Origin: an uncultured virus (IMG/VR IMGVR_UViG_3300035502_000179)
Lineage: Duplodnaviria > Heunggongvirae > Uroviricota > Caudoviricetes
Strand: one strand, 5' to 3'
DNA: 20,000 nucleotides
Virus record (IMG/VR): IMGVR_UViG_3300035502_000179
Shown here piece after piece: positions 1 through 6,603 of this stretch. The notes beneath the pieces were generated by a model that ran no database searches, was not told where the DNA came from, and saw only the letters and a program-made list of their open reading frames with translations. Position numbers and translations under genes: made by a program. Position 1 is the first letter of the stretch, and the number at the start of each line of letters is the position of its first letter.

Positions 1-19
1 GCAGTTTCAATCTAAAAGC

Positions 20-48
20 TTGACATTTGCGATATAATGTGCTATAAT
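20..48 (+). promoter_or_regulatory. Consensus sigma70/sigmaA promoter with extended -10
   Basis: TTGACA (20-25), 17-bp spacer, TG at 40-41, TATAAT (43-48). Confidence 0.9.
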
Positions 49-57
49 AAATAAAAA

Positions 58-169
58 GTTGGTTAGGTATTGGCAGATGCCTAATGCGGGGGACAACTGA
101 ATATCTAACCGACAACTAATGTCCACATGATGGTGCTGCCACACCTGATTGTGGGCATTATTTTATTTT
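58..169 (+). ncRNA. Structured 5' leader / candidate attenuator with kissing loops (leader 1)
   Basis: Hairpin 62-70/77-85 has loop TGGCAG. An alternative 14-bp stem forms at 58-71/100-113. Hairpin 117-127/150-160 has inner stem GGTG/CACC and loop CTGCCA (136-141), followed by TTTTATTTT. Confidence 0.65.
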
Positions 170-181
170 AAGGAGACTAAC

Positions 182-496
182 ATGGGAATTTTATCATTAC
201 TTTGTAAATCTAATTACATCTGCTTCTTCCGTCCGATTGCTAAAAAACTTGGCGTTGAAGCTGCTGTCCTATTTGGTGAATTGGCTACTTGCGAAACAGT
301 TTATGGACAAGAATTTTTCATTCAGCGCGAACGACTGATGGATGCTACAATGTTATCCGAAAAACAACTGAATAAGGCATTCGCAGTATTAAAGGAAGCA
401 GGGCTACTAACAGTGACGAGAAAAGGAATGCCCGCAAAAAACTATTATAGAATAAATGAGGATGCTTTTTTAGCTAACTTTTTTGAGTATAAGTAA
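182..496 (+). CDS. Winged-helix protein resembling the N-terminal DNA-binding domain of phage replication initiators/replisome organizers (104 aa, no C-terminal domain)
   Basis: RBS AAGGAG (170-175) precedes ATG 182. The motifs IAKKLGVEAAVLFGEL, FF..RERL...TMLSEKQ...A...LKEAGLL and RKGMPAKNYYRIN are typical of this family (recognised by eye). Confidence 0.75.
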   Translation: MGILSLLCKSNYICFFRPIAKKLGVEAAVLFGELATCETVYGQEFFIQRERLMDATMLSEKQLNKAFAVLKEAGLLTVTRKGMPAKNYYRINEDAFLANFFEYK

Positions 497-501
497 TGCC
501 A

Positions 502-628
502 GTTTTGCCCCTGGGGCAAAACAAGATTTGCTCCTGGGGCAAAACAAAATAGAGAATATAATAAATAGATAATAAATATATTTTATACTTCGTATAAAAT
601 AGAGGAGCGAACTATCGTTCGCCTCTAT
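502..628. repeat. Origin-like region: two palindromic iteron-like repeats, AT-rich tract and short hairpins
   Basis: GTTTTGCCCC-T-GGGGCAAAAC (502-522) is a perfect palindrome, with a near copy 23 bp later (527-545). An AT-rich tract spans 546-600. Hairpins lie at 579-601 (TATTTTATAC ttc GTATAAAATA) and 599-628. Confidence 0.65.
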
Positions 629-749
629 TAGAAGCATACTATAAATATCTGTACAGAAATTATCTAATATATATGGCTGTTAGGATATATCCTATATACT
701 CATATAATAGGCGCGGCACGGGCACAGTGGTTACAAAATGCGCAAATGC

Positions 750-803
750 CCCTGAGAGGCTCAGAAATGCCCCACAAGCCGTTTTTATGGTTTAGATGGT
801 ATT
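750..803. repeat. Dispersed diverged repeat, copy 1 (copy 2 at 3991-4042)
   Basis: CCCTGAGAGGCTCAG is identical at 750-764 and 3991-4005. Both continue with RAATGC and, about 40 bp from the start, TTTAGATGRTATT. Confidence 0.7.
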
Positions 804-923
804 AGTATCATTTCGGGGCAAAAACGGCTTAGAAACGATTTTAAAGCCTAAATACAGATAGTAGTATTTTCGATAACTTTCTGTATTTAGCAAATTGCAC
901 AAATTTAAGGCTTAATTTTTGGC

Positions 924-952
924 TTGACAGCTAAATTAGATTATGTTAAGGT
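924..952 (+). promoter_or_regulatory. Probable sigmaA promoter for the small-gene cluster
   Basis: TTGACA (924-929), 17-bp spacer, TG at 944-945, TAAGGT (947-952). Confidence 0.6.
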
Positions 953-1012
953 ATATAATCATAGCAAGGCACTTAAATTTGATTGAGCGATACGCTCGGA
1001 AAGGTGAAAATT

Positions 1013-1045
1013 ATGGACAAATTGAGAGAGAAGGGAAGAATATGA
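1013..1045 (+). CDS. 10-aa mini-ORF (MDKLREKGRI), leader peptide or gene remnant
   Basis: RBS-like AAAGGTG about 6 nt upstream. Its TGA overlaps the next ATG (ATGA, 1042-1045). Confidence 0.35.
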   Translation: MDKLREKGRI

Positions 1046-1230
1046 TTTTAGCGAAGAATGGCGATTATACATTGGAGCAATCAGATTGCACTGGTGAATA
1101 TGCGGTACTCAAAAAAGTAAGATATCCAAGCGGAGAAGTGATGTTTCGGCAACAAATCAGTAAGTGGTATCGTTACCGTGGATGCGCAGCAATAGTTTAC
1201 CGTCAATGTTGTGGGGGAGAAAAGAAATGA
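1042..1230 (+). CDS. Hypothetical phage protein (62 aa)
   Basis: Purine-rich RBS region before ATG 1042. ATGA-coupled to the next gene. Confidence 0.7.
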   Translation: MILAKNGDYTLEQSDCTGEYAVLKKVRYPSGEVMFRQQISKWYRYRGCAAIVYRQCCGGEKK

Positions 1231-1403
1231 AAAGAAAAATAGCGGGCATAGTAATAGCATTATCCGCTATATTTAGCTTAGGCATTGTAGGTAGCGTAGA
1301 ATGCGGAGCACCATTAAGCAAGATGTTCTGGCAAATTCCAATTTTAATCTGTTTGTATGTATCAACTAATATTTATTTGAGAGGGGGAAATAACAATGAT
1401 TAA
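1227..1403 (+). CDS. Small membrane protein, two hydrophobic segments (58 aa)
   Basis: RBS GGGGGAG and ATGA overlap. Basic N-terminus MKRK followed by two hydrophobic stretches. Confidence 0.75.
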   Translation: MKRKIAGIVIALSAIFSLGIVGSVECGAPLSKMFWQIPILICLYVSTNIYLRGGNNND

Positions 1404-1698
1404 CAGTTTTGAGCTGACTCCGAATGATAGACACAAGAGTTTTTACGGCAAGACAACAGTAATATCGGATGGCAGACATTATTGGCTTCGCTCCTATAAC
1501 ACTATTGTGATGAGATATGACAGCGACAGCAACACATTCCACCGTCTATGGTGGGGTTGGAGTGCCACAACTGCAAGACACGTCGATGCCTTCCTCGCAT
1601 ACCTACATCATCACGCAATTAGTAAGTCGGAATGGGAAACTATGCCTGTTGAAGAAGATAGAACCATGTGGTGCGGTGAATGGAGGTATGCCAAATGA
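1396..1698 (+). CDS. Hypothetical phage early protein (100 aa)
   Basis: RBS GAGGGGG, overlaps both neighbours. Motifs KSFYGK, LRSYNT.V and WSATT.RH look like a conserved phage family. Confidence 0.85.
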   Translation: MINSFELTPNDRHKSFYGKTTVISDGRHYWLRSYNTIVMRYDSDSNTFHRLWWGWSATTARHVDAFLAYLHHHAISKSEWETMPVEEDRTMWCGEWRYAK

Positions 1699-1898
1699 AA
1701 AAGTGGTATAATGTGGAACTAAATGAACGTGATGCGCTTGAGTTTAGGAAATATCTGTTAGACAATAACATTAAGTTTGAGACTTCTGGATGCTTTGAAC
1801 TTGTACACTTTGAAGTATGGCTGGCTGAAGAAGAAGTGGAAAAAGTGGATAAAGTCATTGATAGAATATTTGGAGACATTATAAAGGAGGTTAAGTAA
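1695..1898 (+). CDS. Hypothetical phage protein (67 aa)
   Basis: RBS GGAGGT precedes ATG 1695, which overlaps the upstream stop (ATGA). Confidence 0.8.
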   Translation: MKKWYNVELNERDALEFRKYLLDNNIKFETSGCFELVHFEVWLAEEEVEKVDKVIDRIFGDIIKEVK

Positions 1899-1899
1899 A

Positions 1900-2541
1900 A
1901 TGACTGTGGTGGAAATTGAAGTAGTATTGCAGAAGCATTTGCTGTGGTTAGCTGGCGCCGCTGATGGGGAGAGAGCAAACTTGCATGGAGCAAACTTGTG
2001 TGAGGCAGACTTGCAGGGAGCAAACTTGTGTGAGGCAGACTTGTGTGAGGCAGACTTGTGTGGAGCAAACTTGTGTGGAGCAAACTTGTGTGGAGCAAAC
2101 TTGTGTGGAGCAAACTTGTATTGGGCAGACTTGTGTGGAGCAAACTTGTGTGGAGCAAACTTGTGTGGGGTAAGATATAACTATTCCACGGCATCATTTA
2201 ACCTGGTTTGTCCTGAGTCTGGGGCATATATCGCATATAAAAAAGTAGTAGGATTTGATGACATCCCCGTAATAGCTAAATTACAAATTCCAGAAGATGC
2301 ACTACGTTCTTCCGCTACCACAAGGAAGTGTCGAGCCAGCAAAGCTATAGTGCTGTCATTGGAAAACATAGATGGTACACCGTATCTTGGAATAGCACAC
2401 AGTAGATATGACTCAACATTTATTTATGCGGCGGGAGCGGAATTAGAAGTTAAAGATTTTGACTTAGATAGATGGAAAGAGTGCGCTGCTGGTATTCATC
2501 ATTTTATCACGCGCCATGAAGCTGAAATGTGGGATGACTAA
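1900..2541 (+). CDS. Pentapeptide-repeat protein with C-terminal DUF5758-like domain
   Basis: RBS AAGGAGG. 13 A(N/D)Lxx repeats. The C-terminus (CPESGAYIAYKK...IAKLQIPEDALRSSATTRKCRASKA...ECAAGIHHFITR.EA) matches the common phage pentapeptide/DUF5758 architecture. Confidence 0.9.
   Translation: MTVVEIEVVLQKHLLWLAGAADGERANLHGANLCEADLQGANLCEADLCEADLCGANLCGANLCGANLCGANLYWADLCGANLCGANLCGVRYNYSTASFNLVCPESGAYIAYKKVVGFDDIPVIAKLQIPEDALRSSATTRKCRASKAIVLSLENIDGTPYLGIAHSRYDSTFIYAAGAELEVKDFDLDRWKECAAGIHHFITRHEAEMWDD
1975..2169 (+). repeat. 13 x 15-bp coding tandem repeat (consensus GCAAACTTGTGTGGA)
   Basis: Directly visible. It encodes the pentapeptides. Confidence 0.95.
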
Positions 2542-2600
2542 ATAATAATAAGCCAGCGCCGGGAGAAATAAAAAAGAAAAAGAATACTAAACAACAAAGA

Positions 2601-2632
2601 GGGAGAAGCAATAATAAGCTTCTCCCATTTTT
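2601..2632 (+). terminator. Rho-independent terminator
   Basis: GGGAGAAGC-aataataa-GCTTCTCCC followed by ATTTTT, 60 bp after the gene cluster. Confidence 0.8.
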
Positions 2633-3166
2633 ATACCTATCAGCGCGGGAGAATAAAGAAAAGAAAAATAATATTTTATATTCCATAAATATATTAAAAT
2701 ATAAATAAGTAGTATAAGAGATAAGTAAATAAGCAGTAATGGAAAGCTACACGGAACAAAAATTCTGTCATCTTTTCCCTCAATTAAAAAGGAAACCGTT
2801 TGGTTTCTATGTTGACTGATGACGAGACACATGTCAAGACACCCCCACCACTCAAGGATTAGCCGTCCACCACACACATACTGAAATTCACTTCAAAGCG
2901 CAATTCCAGCCCCACAAATGCCCTATTTTCAATGGTTTTTAGGCTTCCGTGCCCCACTTTTAGCGAATTAAAGTAAGCCAGCCAACCGCCGATTATGACG
3001 GAAGACTGGCTTTATCATATATTATATATGTATATTACATACAGTTTGGAACAATTCCTGGACTCCGTGCTTCGCCGGCAATACATTATATATATAATAT
3101 GTATATATTATATAAGCAAAAAACACGTAATCCAGCACGTCAAGTTATATCACTTGACAGCAAAAT

Positions 3167-3253
3167 GCACAAAAAACCGGCTTGTTTTTTGTGCGGAATT
3201 TAAACCAAAAATTAAAAATAATTGTTGACAAATGCGGCGCAATGCACTAGTAT
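3167..3253 (+). promoter_or_regulatory. SigmaA promoter with upstream palindromic operator-like site
   Basis: GCACAAAAAAC-cggctt-GTTTTTTGTGC (3167-3194). TTGACA (3225-3230), 17-bp spacer, TAGTAT (3248-3253). Confidence 0.7.
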
Positions 3254-3310
3254 ATAGCTGTGGTCTATCTCTAACCACAACTATATGAAAAAGAAAGTAG
3301 GTAAGAAAAA

Positions 3311-3889
3311 ATGAAAAAAGTTAGTCCCCAAAATGCGCTTGAAATGGAAATTAAGCGCGGAATCCATAGCGCGGTATGGACTTATGCAGTCAATCATTCC
3401 GCTGACATGACCGCAGCTGAATTTATCACCATGATAACTCGTCTAGATAATGCTTATTTTTACGCACAAAAATTCCTGCGGGAATACATGGGGAAAACCA
3501 CATGGTTAAGCGTGGAGCTCCCCGAGTATCGCAACGCCATGCATGATAAAATAGCAGGAGCGCGTCAAGAATATGAGCACGCCAGACAAACTGTTACCCA
3601 GATTTACACCGAGGACAGACATCGGGCAATACAGGAAGCGGAAAATAATTTGGAGTCGGCAAATAACGACTTTACCGCCGCTATTGCCTCTGGAGATAGA
3701 GATGAGATACTACGTACTGGGACAGATGTTTCCAACGCGGAAAAAGCACTTATTACTTGCAATAGTACGCCAGAAATTCCCACGGACAGTTACATCGCAG
3801 AAAAATTATCGGAAATGGGCGTTGCCCTGGATTATCCTCAGCATTATCTCGACGCGGTCAACCTAGTCTGTAATACATGGACGGATTGA
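3311..3889 (+). CDS. Hypothetical alpha-helical/coiled-coil protein (192 aa) in a monocistronic cassette
   Basis: Long ORF with RBS-like AGGT, its own promoter and its own terminator. No family recognised. Confidence 0.8.
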   Translation: MKKVSPQNALEMEIKRGIHSAVWTYAVNHSADMTAAEFITMITRLDNAYFYAQKFLREYMGKTTWLSVELPEYRNAMHDKIAGARQEYEHARQTVTQIYTEDRHRAIQEAENNLESANNDFTAAIASGDRDEILRTGTDVSNAEKALITCNSTPEIPTDSYIAEKLSEMGVALDYPQHYLDAVNLVCNTWTD

Positions 3890-3897
3890 TGTATAAT

Positions 3898-3930
3898 AAT
3901 AACCCGGCTACATAGCCGGGTTATTTTTTT
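3898..3930 (+). terminator. Rho-independent terminator
   Basis: AATAACCCGGCTA-ca-TAGCCGGGTTATT followed by a T tract. Confidence 0.9.
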
Positions 3931-4182
3931 ACCTATCATGATTACTATTTGTATACATTCTATTGCAATTTAATAACAATTTGTATATAGCCCTGAGAGG
4001 CTCAGGAATGCGTTCTAACGGCTTTTTATTTTAGATGATATTCTATACCACCATACCAGGGGGGCGGGTAGAGGGCGTTTCGGCTAACTATCTAAACATT
4101 TTTCCTAATTTTCTATATTGAGTCTCGCCAATTTTATTTTTCCTAAATTTTAGGTATTGATGGGCATCGGCTTTATGTGTTT

Positions 4183-4357
4183 TCAAGTTCTACTATATAC
4201 TGTTTTACAATACTTTCTGTGACCATCATCACAAGGACAATCGCCAAATTCATCTTTATCTAATTCATCATTGTAACGACAATTATCACAATACGCATAG
4301 TTTAATCTGCTATAGATTATATCTTCTAATATCTTAGAATTTATTTTTTTCTTTCAT
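4183..4357 (-). pseudogene. Small Cys-rich protein gene frameshifted in an A7 tract
   Basis: RBS AAGGCGG, then ATG AAA GAA AAA AAT AAA TTC TAA. Removing one A gives MKEKINSKILEDIIYSRLNYAYCDNCRYNDELDKDEFGDCPCDDGHRKYCKTVYSRT (57 aa). Confidence 0.65.
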
Positions 4358-4415
4358 TTTATCCGCCTTGTCAAAAAATATTTTTTCTAATTTTTGCTAA
4401 TAGAAGGGCTTGGCT

Positions 4416-4601
4416 CTATATCTGTATATCGCACTTTAAGAATGTCACCAGTTGCGCCATACAATCTTTGCATAAATCATAAACAATAATGGTGGCTACA
4501 TTATCATATAAATCTGTATTTACCAGCTTTATTGTATTTGGTTTACCGCTATCATACCTATCATAATACTTATTACATCTATCGCACTTTAATGCTTGCA
4601 T
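4416..4601 (-). CDS. Small putative zinc-binding protein (CxxC...CxxC)
   Basis: KCDRC near the N-terminus and DLCKDC near the C-terminus, a pattern common in phage accessory proteins. Confidence 0.8.
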   Translation of the reverse strand: MQALKCDRCNKYYDRYDSGKPNTIKLVNTDLYDNVATIIVYDLCKDCMAQLVTFLKCDIQI

Positions 4602-4623
4602 AATAAAAATCTCTCTTTCTTTT

Positions 4624-5004
4624 TTATTCTCCAGCTAAATCTTCTTTAATATCTTTTTCGGTAAGTGGCATATTTAACCATGCTTTAAACCCGCAAGGCT
4701 CTTTACCTGTACGATACTTGCTATAATAACATTCATCGCAACTGTATATCCCATGGCAGTAAAATGTAATCAATTCTTCTTCATTCATTTCTTTTAGCCA
4801 ATCAAAATGTGTTTTAGGAAAATATGGTTCAAGTAGTTCGATTTCGTGTTCTACCGCCCTATCATAGCTGTCATATTCTGCCATATCGCTTGTTTTATAT
4901 TTAACTGCACAACTTACCAGCACTGTTCCATCATCTTCATATAGAGAATAATCTTTTTTGTAACTACAAATTCTTTCTTTTGCTTCTTCTTGTATAGTTT
5001 TCAT
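4624..5004 (-). CDS. Hypothetical phage protein (126 aa)
   Basis: RBS GAGGAG. The C-terminal T.FDWLKEMNEEEL...C..C...C....WL motif is typical of phage hypothetical proteins. Confidence 0.8.
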   Translation of the reverse strand: MKTIQEEAKERICSYKKDYSLYEDDGTVLVSCAVKYKTSDMAEYDSYDRAVEHEIELLEPYFPKTHFDWLKEMNEEELITFYCHGIYSCDECYYSKYRTGKEPCGFKAWLNMPLTEKDIKEDLAGE

Positions 5005-5025
5005 GTTGTACTCTCCTCAACTTTC

Positions 5026-5082
5026 TTAATTATGTGAGCAAGTATCGCAGTGGCACACCAATTCACCATTTTCATCATTCAT
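5026..5082 (-). CDS. 18-aa Cys-rich mini-ORF (MNDENGELVCHCDTCSHN), probable gene remnant
   Basis: RBS GAGGGG 8 nt upstream. It fills the gap between its two neighbours. Confidence 0.45.
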   Translation of the reverse strand: MNDENGELVCHCDTCSHN

Positions 5083-5094
5083 TTTCGTAACCCC

Positions 5095-5250
5095 TCACAC
5101 AGTTATTATGGTTATCTTGTATTCTTGCCCTGCAAGTTGGTTTACAATTCTCTCTACACTTTTGACATAGACTTTATATTTTTTGTCATCTATAAGCATA
5201 TCGCCAAAAGCACTACTACCATCAAATGTTATAGTCACTTTAGTTTTCAT
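5095..5250 (-). CDS. Hypothetical protein (51 aa, not in the ORF track)
   Basis: RBS GAGGT. Sequence MKTKVTITFDGSSAFGDMLIDDKKYKVYVKSVERIVNQLAGQEYKITIITV. Confidence 0.7.
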   Translation of the reverse strand: MKTKVTITFDGSSAFGDMLIDDKKYKVYVKSVERIVNQLAGQEYKITIITV

Positions 5251-5260
5251 AAATTATACC

Positions 5261-5650
5261 TCAATAGCTGTCATAAAAATACACATAAGCGGTTCTGTCT
5301 GATTTTAGATATTCTATAAGCCAAGTAATATTTGCTATATCTTGTGCCAAGCTGGGTAACATTTCATCATATGACCATCTACAATCTGACCAAGCATCGC
5401 CACCATCTTTTATCAGCTTAATAAGTTTACGCTGGATATCTTTTAGTTCGGGAATAGATAACTCATATGTAACATCAACAGACTCGCCTATAACATCAAT
5501 TATTTCAGCGCGAATGTTATGACACTTTCGCCAGTAACAGATTTCATAGGTGCGAACTTGTTCTAATACAGTAATCTCGTCAATATGTACCCAAGACGGC
5601 GGGTCTAAAGTTTTTCTTGTTCTCAGTGTAATGCCATTATCAAGTCCCAT
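5261..5650 (-). CDS. Hypothetical phage protein, MGLD-start family (129 aa)
   Basis: MGLD...EICYWRK...YFYDSY pattern. ATG 5650 has a GGGG RBS and overlaps the upstream gene. Confidence 0.8.
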   Translation of the reverse strand: MGLDNGITLRTRKTLDPPSWVHIDEITVLEQVRTYEICYWRKCHNIRAEIIDVIGESVDVTYELSIPELKDIQRKLIKLIKDGGDAWSDCRWSYDEMLPSLAQDIANITWLIEYLKSDRTAYVYFYDSY

Positions 5651-6125
5651 GATTTTTGCCCCTATTCTTAAATCTTTCATGGATAGATACTGCCCATCTG
5701 TATTCTCTTTCAGTAAAACCTATAAGCGTATCAGTCTTAACCCAATGGTCTACAAACTTATCGCCAAAGTATTCATCATCGACTATCACATAATTATCAA
5801 TTTCTGGATGTGTATTTAAATATTCAGCAATTTCATCTTCTCGATTAGACAATAGCCTTGTTTTACCTGCAATCTCTACTGTGTTTCTTAGCCCACCATT
5901 TATTAGGCACTCTTTGTAATTATCATGCAATCGCCAAGAAGATGTTACTACAATCTTATAGTTATATTTTTGGCAAAATTCACTTACCCACTGCACAGCA
6001 TTATAATTACTAACCTTATAGTCGGCGGTAAAATTAAAACTGTTATAGTAGTTGTCTGTAAGAATATTATAATGCCAAACCGGAGTATTTACTACACCAT
6101 CATAATCGAGAAAAATTACATTCAC
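5640..6125 (-). CDS. HAD-superfamily phosphatase (Swiss-army-knife RNA-repair-like HAD)
   Basis: Motifs VIFLDYDGVVN, IVVTSSWR, R.DEI..YL and YVIVDD. GTG 6125 follows RBS GAGGTG. Confidence 0.88.
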   Translation of the reverse strand: MNVIFLDYDGVVNTPVWHYNILTDNYYNSFNFTADYKVSNYNAVQWVSEFCQKYNYKIVVTSSWRLHDNYKECLINGGLRNTVEIAGKTRLLSNREDEIAEYLNTHPEIDNYVIVDDEYFGDKFVDHWVKTDTLIGFTEREYRWAVSIHERFKNRGKNHGT

Positions 6126-6135
6126 ACTAAACACC

Positions 6136-6339
6136 TCAAAGTTTAATATTATAGCCTTGACCTATTTGATATAATCTACTGCCTAAACCTTTAGCAAGGT
6201 TCTGTAATTCTGATTTAGTCATTTTTGATACTACTGTTTCTCTTTCTGCATCATTCATATCTGAAAAACATATTGCCTGATATTTACCCTCATGTAGTAT
6301 TCTAAAATAATAGCCATCTAAATGTCTCTGTACACTCAT
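6136..6339 (-). CDS. Hypothetical phage protein (67 aa)
   Basis: RBS AAGGGG. Motif R.LDG.YFR....GK...ICFSD. First gene of the leftward operon. Confidence 0.8.
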   Translation of the reverse strand: MSVQRHLDGYYFRILHEGKYQAICFSDMNDAERETVVSKMTKSELQNLAKGLGSRLYQIGQGYNIKL

Positions 6340-6400
6340 TTCGGCTTTAGCCCCTTTTATTTATATATTATTTATTTATTATATAATGTATAGACCCCTT

Positions 6401-6479
6401 GACCTACGAACTCAGTTCGGGGGTGGTACGAACTCAGTTCATATGAACTCAGTTCGGGGGTGAACTCAGTTCGTAGGTC
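6401..6479. repeat. Array of four palindromic 11-mers GAACTCAGTTC bounded by inverted repeats
   Basis: Copies at 6408, 6430, 6445 and 6462, flanked by GACCTAC (6401-6407) and GTAGGTC (6473-6479). An AT-rich tract lies at about 6355-6392. Confidence 0.9.
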
Positions 6480-6485
6480 TTAGGC

Positions 6486-6590
6486 AATAAAAACACCACT
6501 ATAATTTGGGTGGTGGGGGCAAATTATAGTGGCTGAGCCAGTCAAATATATCGCTCAGCTAAGTAGACCACCATACTTAATTGGCTCTTG
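6486..6590 (-). ncRNA. Structured 5' leader / candidate attenuator with kissing loops (leader 2)
   Basis: On the - strand: hairpin TAAGTA-tggtggtc-TACTTA (6579-6560), an alternative stem 6587-6574/6548-6535, and a 13-bp hairpin 6532-6520/6508-6496 whose loop contains CCACCA, followed by TGTTTTTATT. Confidence 0.65.
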
Positions 6591-6603
6591 TTTTTATGAG
6601 TAT

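Noticed and set aside
1640..2197. 185-aa - strand ORF and 69-aa alternative-frame ORF (1964-2173)
   Set aside because: These are shadows of the stop-free 15-bp tandem repeat in the pentapeptide gene.
2791..2826. Hammerhead-like core words (GAAA...CTGATGA) in type II order
   Set aside because: Stem I would have only about 2 bp and stem II about 1 bp. GAAACC/GGTTTC is better explained as a simple hairpin.
2587..3228. ORFs 2587-2877 (-) and 2995-3228 (+)
   Set aside because: They are low-complexity translations of AT-rich regulatory DNA, with no RBS.
6401..6479. CRISPR-like mini-array
   Set aside because: Repeats are 11 bp with 4-11-nt gaps, far too short for CRISPR, and there are no cas genes.
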